From assembly GCA_035693145.1 (NCBI GenBank), contig DASSHA010000069.1, positions 16,451 to 80,450 of the forward strand: DNA of 64,000 nucleotides. The letters are read 5' to 3'. This document shows, one piece after another, positions 26,923 through 37,378 of this stretch. How positions within the stretch are numbered: the stretch's first letter is position 1; every line of letters begins with the position of its first letter. The stretch is from Candidatus Limnocylindrales bacterium (GTDB lineage: Bacteria > Chloroflexota > Limnocylindria > Limnocylindrales > CSP1-4). The notes beneath the pieces were generated by a model. The model did not search any database and was not told the DNA's origin. It worked only from the letters and a program-made list of their open reading frames with translations. The position numbers and the translations under genes are program-made.

Positions 26923-27998
26923 CGACGGAGGGCCGCCTCGGCGTCGCGCTCGTCGGTGCCGGCGATATTGCGGAGCGCTACGCTGCCGACGTCCCGAAGC
27001 AGCCCTCGCTGCGGCTCCTCGGGGTGACGGACCTCGATGAGACCAGGGCGAACCGGCTCGCGGCGGTGCACCGAGTGCGGGCCTATCCCTCGCTCGACGA
27101 TCTGCTGGCCGACGAGGAGGTCGCGATCGTGGTCAACCTGACCTCCCATCGCGCGCACGTCCCGGTCACCAGAGCGGCGCTCGAAGCGAGGCGCCACGTG
27201 TTCAGCGAGAAGCCGCTCGCGCTCGATCCCGCCGATGCGCACGAGCTCGTCGCGACCGCGCGCGATCGGGGCGTCCGACTGGGCGCCGCGCCAAGCGTCC
27301 TTCTCGGCGAGATGGCCGCGACCGCGCGGGAGTGGATCTCGTCCGGACGGCTCGGCTCCGTGAGGCTCGCGTACGCGGACGTGAACTGGGGTCGGATCGA
27401 GACGTGGCACGACTCGCCGGAAGGCTTCTACGACGTGGGTCCGCTGTACGACGTCGGCGTGTATCCGCTCACCCTGCTGACCGGCCTGCTCGGTCCGGCC
27501 CGGCGGGTCACGGCGGCCGGCGGGCGGCTCCTCGAGGAGCGTCGAACGAAGGCCGGGGGCACGTTCCGAATCGGCGCGCCCGATGCGGTCGTCGCGGCGA
27601 TCGAGCTCGAGTCAGGCGCGCTCGTTCGCCTGACCGCCGACTTCTACGTCGCCGATCCCGCGCGCCAGCGCGGCGTGGAGCTCCATGGCGACGAGGGCTC
27701 GCTCTGGCTGTCGAACTGGTTCCGGTTCCGCGGCAGCGTCGAGGCGGCCGTCCCGTGGGGCTCGCCGTACGCCGAGGTCCCGCTGATCCGCGAGCCCGTG
27801 GACGACATGCCGTGGGCGGCAGGCGCAGAGGAGCTCGCCCGGGCGGTGATCGAGGACCGTCCGATGCGCGCCGCGGGCGGCGAGCATGCGGCGCACGTCG
27901 TCGACGTCCTCGGCGCGATCATGACCTCGATCGATGAGGGTCGCGCGATCGACCTCGAGCCGGGCCGCCGGGTCAGCCCGGAAGCTCACCGAGCTTGA
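26919..27998 (+). CDS. Gfo/Idh/MocA family oxidoreductase
   Basis: The start is GTG 26919, with a GTGA overlap. The Rossmann motif is LGVALVGAGDIAERY, and EKPLAL is the catalytic region. Confidence 0.85.
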   Translation: MTTEGRLGVALVGAGDIAERYAADVPKQPSLRLLGVTDLDETRANRLAAVHRVRAYPSLDDLLADEEVAIVVNLTSHRAHVPVTRAALEARRHVFSEKPLALDPADAHELVATARDRGVRLGAAPSVLLGEMAATAREWISSGRLGSVRLAYADVNWGRIETWHDSPEGFYDVGPLYDVGVYPLTLLTGLLGPARRVTAAGGRLLEERRTKAGGTFRIGAPDAVVAAIELESGALVRLTADFYVADPARQRGVELHGDEGSLWLSNWFRFRGSVEAAVPWGSPYAEVPLIREPVDDMPWAAGAEELARAVIEDRPMRAAGGEHAAHVVDVLGAIMTSIDEGRAIDLEPGRRVSPEAHRA

Positions 27999-29139
27999 CA
28001 TCGATCGAATCGGTCGAGCCGTCGCGACGGAGGATGTCGACCTTGACCGTCTGGCCGGGCTCGAGGCCGGCGAGGACGGCGGCGAGCGCCGAGAGGTCGG
28101 GTGTCGGCTTGCCGTCGATGCTCGTGATCAGCACGTCCGAGGGAACGTTCGCCTTCGCGGCCGGACCGCCGGGCTCGACCGAATAGACGAGGACGCCCTG
28201 GCCACCCTGGACCTCGGCGCCGCGGATGCCGAGATACGCGCGGTGCGACGAGACGACCTTGCCGTGCTCGATCAGCTGCGTCGCGATGTCCTTCGTCGTG
28301 TTGCTCGGGATCGCGAAGCCGATCCCCACCGCGGCCCCGCCGATCTGGGGATCCGTTGCCGTCAGCGTCGGGATCCCGACGACCTCGCCGGCGAGGTTGA
28401 CCAGCGCGCCGCCGCTGTTGCCCGGGTTGATCGGCGCCGACGTCTGGATGACGTTCGGCAGGGCCGCGCCGCCGGGCTCGGAGACGGTTCGCCCGGTCGC
28501 GCTGACGATCCCCTCGGTCACGCTGCTCTGGAGACCGAGCGGATTCCCGATCGCGAGCACGATGTCGCCGACGACGAGCGCCGACGAGTCGCCGAACGTC
28601 GCCGGCGTGAGCGTTCCGCCGCTCGTGTGGATGACCGCGAGGTCGTTCGGCGGGAACGTGCCGACGAGCGTCGCGTCGAGCCGATCGCCGGCCGCGGTCG
28701 TGACCTTGAACTGGGTGTCGCTGCCGACGACATGGGCGTTCGTGACGACGTCGCCCTTGTCATCGAACACGACGCCGGAGCCGAGGCCGCTGGGCGTCTC
28801 GATGACGACGACCGACGGCGCGACGGCGTGGACGACCGAGACGAACGCCTGCTGGAGGTCGCCCGCGATGCCGCCGCCGACCGACCCCGAGGCCGACGGG
28901 ACGGCCGACGGGACCGCCGACGCGCCGGGACCGGCTCCGGACGCTGTCGTCGCCGACGCGCCCGCGGTCTCGTCCGCGGCCGATCCTCCTGCCGCCGCCG
29001 TGCCGGCCGCGCTGCTCGACGGTCCGGTTCCCGCAGCGGTGGGTGTCGGGCTCGAGCTGCTCCCGCACCCCACGAGGATCGCGGCGAGGGCGAGCGACAG
29101 CAGGGCGTTCGGGGCGGATGTTCGGTGGAGGCTCGCCAT
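27973..29139 (-). CDS. htrA: HtrA/DegP-family serine protease (trypsin-like + PDZ), lipoprotein
   Basis: Lipobox LVGCG with a Gly/Ser/Ala-rich linker. The catalytic triad context is TNAHVV, DLAVI and GNSGGALV. The C-terminal PDZ is GVLVYSVEPGGPAAKA. Confidence 0.85.
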   Translation of the reverse strand: MASLHRTSAPNALLSLALAAILVGCGSSSSPTPTAAGTGPSSSAAGTAAAGGSAADETAGASATTASGAGPGASAVPSAVPSASGSVGGGIAGDLQQAFVSVVHAVAPSVVVIETPSGLGSGVVFDDKGDVVTNAHVVGSDTQFKVTTAAGDRLDATLVGTFPPNDLAVIHTSGGTLTPATFGDSSALVVGDIVLAIGNPLGLQSSVTEGIVSATGRTVSEPGGAALPNVIQTSAPINPGNSGGALVNLAGEVVGIPTLTATDPQIGGAAVGIGFAIPSNTTKDIATQLIEHGKVVSSHRAYLGIRGAEVQGGQGVLVYSVEPGGPAAKANVPSDVLITSIDGKPTPDLSALAAVLAGLEPGQTVKVDILRRDGSTDSIDVKLGELPG

Positions 29140-29240
29140 CTGACGACATTCTCCCCGTCTCGCGCGACGGCAGACCGGACGAGCGTCGTCGGGGGCTATC
29201 GGGCGCGTTGCGGAGTTGCGCCGTCGACCGGCCGTTTCGG

Positions 29241-30884
29241 TCAGGGGACCACGATCGCCGCGGGTTCATCGGCCGGATCGATCCGCACGACGAGCTCGGT
29301 CGGGTCGGCAGGATCACCGGTCGTCCGCGCGAACGCCGAGACGAACTGCTCGCCGGCGGTCGCGAGACCGGCGTAATCGCCGAGGAACCGCCCACCGGCA
29401 TCGGGCGCGGTCGCGAAGTCGAACGACTCCGTCAACCGCCGCTCTCGCCACGTGGCGCCACCGTCGCTGCTCGTCGCCAGGAACCGGTCGGCGAGGAAGG
29501 GCCGGCTCGGCGTCGCGGCGCGGAGGTCGGTGTACTCGACGCCCAGGACCCCGGCCGGCGTGACCTCGATCGATGGCATGAACACGGCCGTCGCCAGCGG
29601 CCGCGGGATGGCCACGGGGAGCGACCAGGCCACGCCGTCGGCCGACGTCGACCGTATGACCGCCGGCCGGCCATCCTGCGTGTCGGTCCAGACCGCCTCC
29701 ACCCGGCCGCTCCGGTTGTCGACCGCGACGTCGGGCAGGCCGCCACCGCCACGGATCCCCGGCGGTTGTGCCCCGACGACGTTGCGTCCCTCGAGCCTCG
29801 CGATCGTGACCGGCGTGGACCACGTCCGTCCGCCGTCGGTCGAGGCGATGGCCACTTCACGCGCGGGCGTTCGAGCGGATGACGGAGCGAGCACGAAGAC
29901 GTCGACGAGCGTCCCGTTCGGCAGCACCCCCAGGACGTTGCCGACGGGCGTCCCATCCTGCGTCGCGATCGTGCGGGCCGCGGACCAGTGGGCGCCCCCG
30001 TCGGTCGTCGTCGACAGGAGGACGCTGCCGCGGCCGCGCGCCTCCTCGTTCGACGCGTTCTCCGCATCGCCGCCCTGGTCCCACACGAGATAGGCGTGGC
30101 CGGGCCGGCCCGGATCCGCGGTCACCGATTCCTTGTCGTTGAACTGGCTCGGTGAGCGGCTCTCCGCGACGACGGTCGGGAGGGACCAGGTCCGACCGCG
30201 ATCGACCGAACGGCTGACCGTCACGCGGGTGAGCGCAGGCTGGGTCACCGACAGTCCGGTCAGGTAGGCGACACCGTCGGGCGAGATCGCGATCCAGGGA
30301 TCCGAGACGCGGGTCGTCAGGTCGCCCGTCGAGGCGGCGCAGGCCGAGAAGGCCGGCTCGCTTCGCGTCCAGCTGCCGATGCTGGCGCCTGAGGTCGCGA
30401 CGACGATGCCGCGCGCGCCGCCGTTGGACCAGCGATCCTGCTGCCACGCGACGGCGACGTGGGCCGGATCCGTCGGGTCGACGGCGACGAACGGCTCGAC
30501 CTCGCTGTTCGTCGTCACCGTGCCCGGTCCGCCGACCGCACACGACCCGAACGGGCTCGATCGCTCGCTCACGACGACCTCCCGTCCGAGCGCGGTCGTC
30601 GGCAGCGAGCTGGCCGGCGAACTGTCGGCGGATGGCGAGGCCGAAGGCGAGGCCGTGCCGGAAGCGGACGCCGCAGCCGACGCCGGCGCCGGAGGCGTCC
30701 CCGTCGCCGCCGCCGACGGGACCGGCGATGCGCGATTCGGCGGCTGACCGCCGGCCGACAGGACGACCCCGACCGCGGCGACGATCACGCCCGCGACGAC
30801 GACGGCGGCGAGCGCGCGGCCGACGACCGGTCCGTCGGGGCGGTTCGCGCGGTCGTCGCCTCCGGTGGGTCCGGTCGCCATCAC
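29241..30884 (-). CDS. BNR-repeat (sialidase/exo-alpha-sialidase-like) protein, N-terminally membrane-anchored
   Basis: There are five BNR repeats (SVDRGRTWS, TTDGGAHWS, STDGGRTWS, SADGVAWS, SSDGGATWR). An N-terminal TM helix and a Ser/Pro-rich linker are present. Confidence 0.75.
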   Translation of the reverse strand: MMATGPTGGDDRANRPDGPVVGRALAAVVVAGVIVAAVGVVLSAGGQPPNRASPVPSAAATGTPPAPASAAASASGTASPSASPSADSSPASSLPTTALGREVVVSERSSPFGSCAVGGPGTVTTNSEVEPFVAVDPTDPAHVAVAWQQDRWSNGGARGIVVATSGASIGSWTRSEPAFSACAASTGDLTTRVSDPWIAISPDGVAYLTGLSVTQPALTRVTVSRSVDRGRTWSLPTVVAESRSPSQFNDKESVTADPGRPGHAYLVWDQGGDAENASNEEARGRGSVLLSTTTDGGAHWSAARTIATQDGTPVGNVLGVLPNGTLVDVFVLAPSSARTPAREVAIASTDGGRTWSTPVTIARLEGRNVVGAQPPGIRGGGGLPDVAVDNRSGRVEAVWTDTQDGRPAVIRSTSADGVAWSLPVAIPRPLATAVFMPSIEVTPAGVLGVEYTDLRAATPSRPFLADRFLATSSDGGATWRERRLTESFDFATAPDAGGRFLGDYAGLATAGEQFVSAFARTTGDPADPTELVVRIDPADEPAAIVVP

Positions 30885-30906
30885 CCCCGGATTGTGCGGC
30901 GTGGCG

Positions 30907-31770
30907 TCAGTTCGGGCGCTGCCCCTGCCCCTGGCCGCCGCCCTCGCGGAGGAACCGCTCGATCTCCGAGATCAGCTCGTCGCCGGACGGGAGACGCGCC
31001 TCGTCGGCCATCGTCTCGAGCCGCTCGACGTACTGGCGCGTCGTCTCGTCGAGCGCGGCCGCCGTGTCGAGCCGCGTCCGCATCTGGCGTGCCTGGCTCG
31101 GCAGGTCGCCCAGCGGCAGCTCGAGGCCCAGGTGGCGGCCGAGCACGGTGAGCAGCTCGACCGAGGCCGCCGGGTACGCCCCGTTGATGTAGTGGGGGAC
31201 CTGCGCGAAGTAGCCGACGGCCGGGATGCCGGCGTCCGTGACCGCGTGATCGATGACGGAGACGCACGCGGCGGGAACGCGCAGCGTGCCGGTCGGGCCG
31301 GCCTGGACGCCGCCGCGCAGGAGCGCGGGATCGGGCGCCGTGCCGAGCACGGGAACGGATCGCGTGTGCGGCACGGCGGCCGGGATCGCACCGAGCGTGA
31401 TCCATTCCGCCGCACGCAGCGACGTCGCGAGCTCGACCATCGCCGCCGTCAGTTCGTGCCAGCGGTAGTCCGGCTCCGCTCCGCTCACGATGACGAGGTC
31501 ACGATCGCCGACGCGGACGTGGCGCATTGCGAGCTCCGCCCAGGTGAGCTCCGCCGCCCGGCCGTCGACGATTTCCAGTGTCGGCCGGCGAGCGCGAAAG
31601 TCGAACAGCGTGTCGGCATCGAACTCCGCGATCAGGCGCCCGTCCTCGGCGAGCTTCCCGGCGGCCGCCGTGGCGGCGGTCCCGGCGTCGACCCATCCGT
31701 CGAGCGCGATGACGACGCTCGGCGTCACGATCCCCTCGAGACCCGAATCGGTCAGGCGATAGAGCGACAC
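30907..31770 (-). CDS. PAC2-family (proteasome assembly chaperone-like) protein
   Basis: VVIALDGWVDAG is the PAC2 motif. I put the start at GTG 31770 (SLYRLTD). The longer ORF upstream up to 31869 is Cys/Arg-rich and non-protein-like. Confidence 0.55.
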   Translation of the reverse strand: MSLYRLTDSGLEGIVTPSVVIALDGWVDAGTAATAAAGKLAEDGRLIAEFDADTLFDFRARRPTLEIVDGRAAELTWAELAMRHVRVGDRDLVIVSGAEPDYRWHELTAAMVELATSLRAAEWITLGAIPAAVPHTRSVPVLGTAPDPALLRGGVQAGPTGTLRVPAACVSVIDHAVTDAGIPAVGYFAQVPHYINGAYPAASVELLTVLGRHLGLELPLGDLPSQARQMRTRLDTAAALDETTRQYVERLETMADEARLPSGDELISEIERFLREGGGQGQGQRPN

Positions 31771-31838
31771 CAACGAAGGATAGACGCCGGGTCGCGCCCG
31801 ACACGCGCGACAGCAGTGAATCGTTCCGGGCGCTCGGG

Positions 31839-32732
31839 TCAGGCGAGCTCGACACCCGCCGCCCGGCAATCCTCCGCGAACGACCCGAGCGCCTCGTCCG
31901 TGGTCGCGGTCTCCTTGATGAATGACATGACCCGGCTCACCCCGAGGGCGGCGTAGCCCCGGAGGAGGTCGACGCGTGACTCGCGCGAACCGCCGAACAG
32001 GCCGCTCCAGACGTTCACGCTCACGGCGAGCGACGCCGGATCTCGGTCGATCTCCTCGCAGCGCGACCGCACGATCGGGAGCGCGTCACGGACCTCGTCC
32101 GGCGACTTGCCATCGAGGTTGAGCTCGTCGGCATGGCGCGCGGCCAGTCGCCAGGTGACGTTCGGGCCGTTGCCGCCGACCATGATCGGAACGCGCGGCT
32201 GCTGGATCGGCTTCGGGACGTTGATCGCATTCGCGACCGAGGAGTGCCGGCCGTCATAGGTCGCGTGCTCGTGGCGGTCGCCGGCGAGCATCCGGGTGAT
32301 CACCTCGAGGTCGTCGCCGAGGCGCGCCAGGCGCTCCTTCGTCTCCGGGAATCCGTAGCCGTAGGCGAGCCACTCGTCCTTCTTCCAGCCGGCGCCGATC
32401 CCGAGCTCCATTCGGCCGCCGGAGATCGAGTCCATCGTCGAGATCATCTTGGCGGTCAGCGCCGGGTTGCGGAACGCCGTGCAGATCACGATGTGGCCCA
32501 GCCGCACACGCGTGGTGAGCGCCGCGAGCGCGGACAGCGAAGTGAACGACTCGAACGTGATCTCGTCGGTCGGTCGGGGGACGGTGTGGAAATGGTCGAA
32601 CAGCCAGATCGATTCGAAGCCGAGGTCCTCCGCCTGACCCGCCACGGCCGTCGTCCGCGACCACGCGACGAGCGGTTCCCACCCGTCGTATTCGCCCTGC
32701 CAACCCTGCGGAACGATGATTCCAGCCTTCAT
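31839..32732 (-). CDS. LLM-class F420-dependent oxidoreductase (luciferase-like monooxygenase family)
   Basis: The markers are FESIWLFDHF and GRMELGIGAGW, and the protein is about 297 aa long. Confidence 0.8.
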   Translation of the reverse strand: MKAGIIVPQGWQGEYDGWEPLVAWSRTTAVAGQAEDLGFESIWLFDHFHTVPRPTDEITFESFTSLSALAALTTRVRLGHIVICTAFRNPALTAKMISTMDSISGGRMELGIGAGWKKDEWLAYGYGFPETKERLARLGDDLEVITRMLAGDRHEHATYDGRHSSVANAINVPKPIQQPRVPIMVGGNGPNVTWRLAARHADELNLDGKSPDEVRDALPIVRSRCEEIDRDPASLAVSVNVWSGLFGGSRESRVDLLRGYAALGVSRVMSFIKETATTDEALGSFAEDCRAAGVELA

Positions 32733-32760
32733 CGTCGCAGCGTAGCCGGGTCGCGGCCGA

Positions 32761-33183
32761 TCAGCCGGCGAGCGCCGCCGAGAGCTCGTTCAGCGAACGG
32801 CTCGACTGCTCGTCCCAGCGTCCGCGCGACCACAGCTCGGCGTGATCGCCCGCCCCGACGAGGACGACGTCACCCTCGAGACCGGCGGATCGGCGCTGCG
32901 GCTCCGGTAGCGAGATGTCGTCGGGAACGATCCCGATCTCCACGGCCGACGCGAACAGCAGGCGGGCGAACCAGCGGGCGCCGGCATCCGCGACCGGCAG
33001 CCGGACGAGCCGCGCCGCGAAGGCCTCCCACTCGGCGCGCGGCCACAGGGCGAGGCAGCCGTCGAGCCACGAGGTCACCACGAGGCCGCCGACGAAGGCG
33101 GCCGCGAAGCCGTCGGGGAGACGGAGCGTCCCATCTCTGAGCGTGACGTCGGCGCTGCCGAGCAGTGCCGCGAGGGGAGGCAT
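32761..33183 (-). CDS. MraZ-like protein (orphan, outside a dcw cluster)
   Basis: Compare LWPRAEWEAF with MraZ LYPLPEWE, and VVLVGAGDHAELWSRGRW with MraZ MLVGQFNKFELWDETTW. The DxxxR motifs are degenerate. Confidence 0.45.
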   Translation of the reverse strand: MPPLAALLGSADVTLRDGTLRLPDGFAAAFVGGLVVTSWLDGCLALWPRAEWEAFAARLVRLPVADAGARWFARLLFASAVEIGIVPDDISLPEPQRRSAGLEGDVVLVGAGDHAELWSRGRWDEQSSRSLNELSAALAG

Positions 33184-33441
33184 CTGCCTGTGCGGGCCTC
33201 TCTCGAAGTCACCTGTCCGACGCCTCTGGCCGGTTCTGCGAATCGTACCACTGTCAGCTGCGGGTAGCTACCCAATTGCGTCGTGAGAGACGCATCCATC
33301 GAGCGTGGATCGGGGACCGCTGGGGCGTCCGTCATCGAACGGCCGTTCGCTCCGCGTCGGCTGGGACTTCCGAGCGATGTCAGGCCGACGCGAACGTTGG
33401 TGCAATCGCCCCGTCCTCACAGCCCCGCTACGGACGACCTC

Positions 33442-34728
33442 GTGCGACACCGCCTCCCGCTCGTCATCACGCTCGCCGCCGTCATCGCCGGATGCACGGG
33501 AGCGTCGCCCGGACCGGCTGGGCCGTCTGCCGCGCCATCGGTCGTGTCCACCCCATCAAGCGTTGCCGGCCCGTCGGCCGTGGCCGCCCGATCGTCCGTG
33601 CCGATTTCGACGCCGGCGGCTTCGGTCGCGACGCCCGCTCCGTCAACCACGACGTCCGCGTTGGCGCGTCTCGAGCCGGCCGACGGCGTCCTCGTCGGCA
33701 TGAGCGTCGATTGGGGGACCGATACGACCGCGGCAATCGACGCTCGACTCGGCCGAACGCCTGCGGTGTGGGTCCAGTTCGTCGGGTTTCCGTTCGCGGA
33801 CGCGGATCGGACGAACGTGGCCGGGTTCGTGGATGCCGTCGCCGCCGACGGCGGTCTCGCGCTGCTGACGCTCGAGCCGAACGCCGGACTGGCCGCGGTC
33901 GACGACCAGGCGATCCGGGAGCTCGTCACCGTGCTCGCTGCCGCGAACGCCCGGGGCGTCGGGGTGCTCGTTCGCTTCGCGCACGAGATGAACGGCTCGT
34001 GGTACGCGTGGGGCCAGCAACCCGCCGCGTACGTCGCCGCGTTCCGCCGCGTCGCCGCAGCCGTCCACGCCGGCACGGCCCGCTCGGCGATGCTCTGGGC
34101 GCCGAACGACGGTGGCGGCTACCCGTTCGCCGGCGGTCCGCACGAGGCGAAGCAGGGGACCTCGGACTTCGCGCTCCTCGACACGAACGAGGACCGCCGC
34201 CTGAGCATGACCGACGATCCATACGCGCCGTACTACCCGGGAGACGACGCCGTCGACTGGGTCGGCATGAGCCTCTACCACTGGGGCGACGTGTGGCCAT
34301 GGGGCCGGAACGTCCTGCCCGAGCCTGACAAGTTCGCCCACAAGCTCACGGGGACCTACGACGGAACGGCCGGCGATGAATCGCCGCTGCCGGACTTCTA
34401 TGCCACGTATGCCGACGGCCACGAGAAGCCGATGGCCATTCCCGAGACGGCTGCCTTCTTTCGGCCGGCCATCACGGCGGGTGCCGACGAGCTATCGCTC
34501 AAGCAGGCGTGGTGGCGGGAGGTCTTCTCGGACGCGACCCTCGCCCGGTTTCCCCGGATCCGCCTCGTGGACTGGTTCGAGCAGCGGAAGTACGAGAGCG
34601 AGGTATCCGACGTCGTCGATTGGCGGGTCAGCGCCCGGCCCGCGATCGCGGAGGCGTTCCTCGACGACCTTCCGGCCGGCTTCCGGTTCGCGCCCCAGCC
34701 GACCGCGCCCCAGGTGGCTGCGCCCTAG
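33442..34728 (+). CDS. Glycoside hydrolase family 26 (beta-mannanase-like), lipoprotein
   Basis: The GH26 signature is VLVRFAHEMNGSWYAWG. The start is GTG 33442 (VRHRLPLVITLAAVIAGCTG, lipobox). The ORF is open upstream to 33283. Confidence 0.75.
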   Translation: MRHRLPLVITLAAVIAGCTGASPGPAGPSAAPSVVSTPSSVAGPSAVAARSSVPISTPAASVATPAPSTTTSALARLEPADGVLVGMSVDWGTDTTAAIDARLGRTPAVWVQFVGFPFADADRTNVAGFVDAVAADGGLALLTLEPNAGLAAVDDQAIRELVTVLAAANARGVGVLVRFAHEMNGSWYAWGQQPAAYVAAFRRVAAAVHAGTARSAMLWAPNDGGGYPFAGGPHEAKQGTSDFALLDTNEDRRLSMTDDPYAPYYPGDDAVDWVGMSLYHWGDVWPWGRNVLPEPDKFAHKLTGTYDGTAGDESPLPDFYATYADGHEKPMAIPETAAFFRPAITAGADELSLKQAWWREVFSDATLARFPRIRLVDWFEQRKYESEVSDVVDWRVSARPAIAEAFLDDLPAGFRFAPQPTAPQVAAP

Positions 34729-35111
34729 CCGCCGTCCGAGGGAGTCGGCCAGGCGGGCGCTCGGGGATCCAGCACGCGAAGCGCGTCCCAGTCGTCCCGA
34801 ACGGGGTTGAAGACGTCGACCACGACGGCCCCGCCCGGACCGGCCAGGACCTCGTGGGGATGCTCCGAGGCGATCCGCCAGGTGCCGCCCGGGCCAAGCT
34901 CACGGGTCTCGTCGTCGATCCGGAAGCGGACGGACCCGCGGATGACGAGGCCGAGCTGTTCCGCCGGGTGCCGATGCTCGGGCACGAGCGCGTTCGGTGC
35001 GAGCTCCACGACCGCAAGCGTGATGCGCTCGCCCTGGACGCGTCGCGCTTGCACGGCGTCGCCCCAGACCTCGAGCGGGGCGATGGATGCGAGATCCACG
35101 AGGTTGCTCAT
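34725..35111 (-). CDS. Cupin-domain protein
   Basis: The ATG is 6 nt after GGAGG. The cupin motifs are PEHRHPAEQLGLVIRGS ... GPGGTWRIASEHPHEV. Confidence 0.7.
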   Translation of the reverse strand: MSNLVDLASIAPLEVWGDAVQARRVQGERITLAVVELAPNALVPEHRHPAEQLGLVIRGSVRFRIDDETRELGPGGTWRIASEHPHEVLAGPGGAVVVDVFNPVRDDWDALRVLDPRAPAWPTPSDGG

Positions 35112-35286
35112 GCCTGCCTCCAGGGTTCGGTTTCGTATCGGGATGATGCCGTGGGGACCACGTGGAGGTGACGCTCGGCCCTCGCCGTCACAGCCGCGAA
35201 CGGCCATCGTGAGGCGTAATGCGGACGAAGCGGGGAGTCCGGTCCGCGGCACGCTGGCGCGACCGGGCAGCCCCGAGACTGGGCCG

Positions 35287-37323
35287 GTGATCCGCGCGCT
35301 CCGGGGGCAGCGCGGCCTGCCCGCCGTCGCCGTCCTCGCCTTTGCCATCCTCGTCTTCGCGACGCTCGTCGCTCGGGCGATCGCCGTCCCCGCAGGCGCA
35401 CGCGCCGAAGCGGTTCCGCGGCTCACGTCGCAGGTCACGGACACGACGGGTGTCCTGGCCGCGGATCGAGGCGCCATCGACGCGGCCCTTGCCGACCTCC
35501 GCTCGCGCGCGGGCGTCCAGCTCTGGGTCGTGTTCGTCCGGACGACGGGCAGCCTCTCCCCGGCGTCCTTCGTCGACCAGGCAGCCGAGCAGAACTCCCT
35601 CGGCGTGGACGACGCCCTCCTCCTCGTCGCGCTCGACGACCGAACGGACCAGATCTGGGTGAGTGACGGTCTCCAGCAGCTGACGAACGACGAGATCGAC
35701 GTCGTCATCTCGCGCGACCTCGAGCCGAACCTCTCGGCCGGCCACTTCGGAGATGCGGTCGTTGCGACGGCCGGCGGGCTCCGCGATGCGGCGCTCGGGA
35801 ACGCGACGGCCGGCCCGGGCACGACGCCCGAGAGTGGTCTGTCGCTGAGTCCCATCATCGGCCTCCTGCTCCTCCTCGCCGGGGCCTGGATCGTCTGGCG
35901 CTCGTTCTCGTCCTGGCGCGCGAACCGGCGGACGGCCGAGGAGCGCGACCGCCAGACCGGGCAGCTGGCACGGGACGCGAACGCGAAGTTGATCGCTGCG
36001 GACGACGCCGTGCGCGACGCGCAGCAGGATCTCGCCTTCGCCGAGGCGCAGTTCGGCGAGGACGAGGTTGCACCGCTCCGAGCGGCCATCGAGACGGCCC
36101 GCGCGGAGCTCAGCGCCGCCTTTGCCGTCCGCCAGAAGCTCGACGACGACGTCCCCGAGGACCCGCCGACCCGCGCGGCGATGTTCCAGGACGTCGCCGC
36201 GCGAAGCGACCGAGCAACCGCTGCGATCGCGGCCGAGGCCAAGCGGATCGACGATCTGCGCCGGATCGAGCGCGATGCCCCGGCGATCATCCCGACGCTC
36301 GGGGGACGCGCGGACGAGCTCGAGGCGAGGATGGCCGCCGCCCGCGACGATGCGGAGGTCCTCGGGCGCTTTGCGGATCCGGCGACGGGCCCGGTGCGTG
36401 GCAACGTCGTCGAGGCAGGCAAGCGGATCGCGAGCGCGCGGCAGGCGGCACAGGCGGCACAGACGGCCCTCGCCGCGGACGACAAGGCGACCGCGGGTCG
36501 CGATGCACGGCTTGCTTACGAGGCGCTCGCGGAGGCCGATCGGCTGCTCACCGCAGTCCACCGGGCCCGCCAGGCCACAGAGGAGGACGCCGCCGCGGCC
36601 CCCCGCGAGCTCGCCACCGCGACGACCGAGCTTGCCCAGGCTCAGGCAGCGGGCAAGGCCGATCCTCGGCTCGCCCAGGCACAGGCGGGCCTGGCGACGG
36701 CCCAGTCGGGCCTCTCCGCGGCTCGACGCGACCCGACCGGCGCGCGACGCGCGATTGCCGCCGCGCGAGCGCAGATCGCGGCCGTCGACGAAGCGGTCCG
36801 CGTCGCCGCGCAGCAGCGCGCGGCGGCGGCACAGACGGCTGCCCAGACGGTGCAGCGGGCCGCCGCGCTCGTGGACCAGGCGGAGGATTTCATCGCCACG
36901 CGTCGTGCCGCCGTCGACCGTCTGGCACGGACGCAGCTCGCGACCGCGATCGATCGCCTGTCGCAGGCGCAGGCGTTGCTCCCCACGGACCCGGCGACGG
37001 CCCAGGCGCGCGCGACGGACGCGGCCCGCTATGCCGAGGCCGCCCTCTCGGCCGCCCAGGACGACCTGTCCCGGTTCGACCGATCGGCCGGCTACGGCCG
37101 ATCCGGCGGCGCCGCGGACGCCCTCGGCGCGGCGCTGCCGTGGATCCTGCCGTGGGTCATCCGCGGCGGCGCGGGTTGGGGCGGATCGAGCTGGGGCTCG
37201 TCCCGCGGCGGTGGGGGCATCTTCGGCGGTGGGTTCGGCGGCGGTGGCGGCGGCATGGGCGGCGGCGGCCGCACGTTCGGCGGCGGGTTCGGTGGCGGAC
37301 GGTCGCGCGGCGGGCGCTGGTAG
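35287..37323 (+). CDS. TPM-domain (TLP18.3/Psb32/MOLO-1, YgcG-like) protein with TM helix, long Ala-rich coiled coil and Gly-rich C-terminal tail
   Basis: It starts at GTG 35287 with a signal peptide. The TPM block is VTDTTGVLAADRGAIDAALADLRSRAGVQLWVVFV ... LLLVALDDRTDQIWV. The C-terminus is GGGFGGGGGGMGGGG. Confidence 0.75.
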   Translation: MIRALRGQRGLPAVAVLAFAILVFATLVARAIAVPAGARAEAVPRLTSQVTDTTGVLAADRGAIDAALADLRSRAGVQLWVVFVRTTGSLSPASFVDQAAEQNSLGVDDALLLVALDDRTDQIWVSDGLQQLTNDEIDVVISRDLEPNLSAGHFGDAVVATAGGLRDAALGNATAGPGTTPESGLSLSPIIGLLLLLAGAWIVWRSFSSWRANRRTAEERDRQTGQLARDANAKLIAADDAVRDAQQDLAFAEAQFGEDEVAPLRAAIETARAELSAAFAVRQKLDDDVPEDPPTRAAMFQDVAARSDRATAAIAAEAKRIDDLRRIERDAPAIIPTLGGRADELEARMAAARDDAEVLGRFADPATGPVRGNVVEAGKRIASARQAAQAAQTALAADDKATAGRDARLAYEALAEADRLLTAVHRARQATEEDAAAAPRELATATTELAQAQAAGKADPRLAQAQAGLATAQSGLSAARRDPTGARRAIAAARAQIAAVDEAVRVAAQQRAAAAQTAAQTVQRAAALVDQAEDFIATRRAAVDRLARTQLATAIDRLSQAQALLPTDPATAQARATDAARYAEAALSAAQDDLSRFDRSAGYGRSGGAADALGAALPWILPWVIRGGAGWGGSSWGSSRGGGGIFGGGFGGGGGGMGGGGRTFGGGFGGGRSRGGRW

Positions 37324-37378
37324 CAGCGGACGACGCTTCGGCAACGCAAATCGCAGACTACGGAAAGGAGAACCGGTC

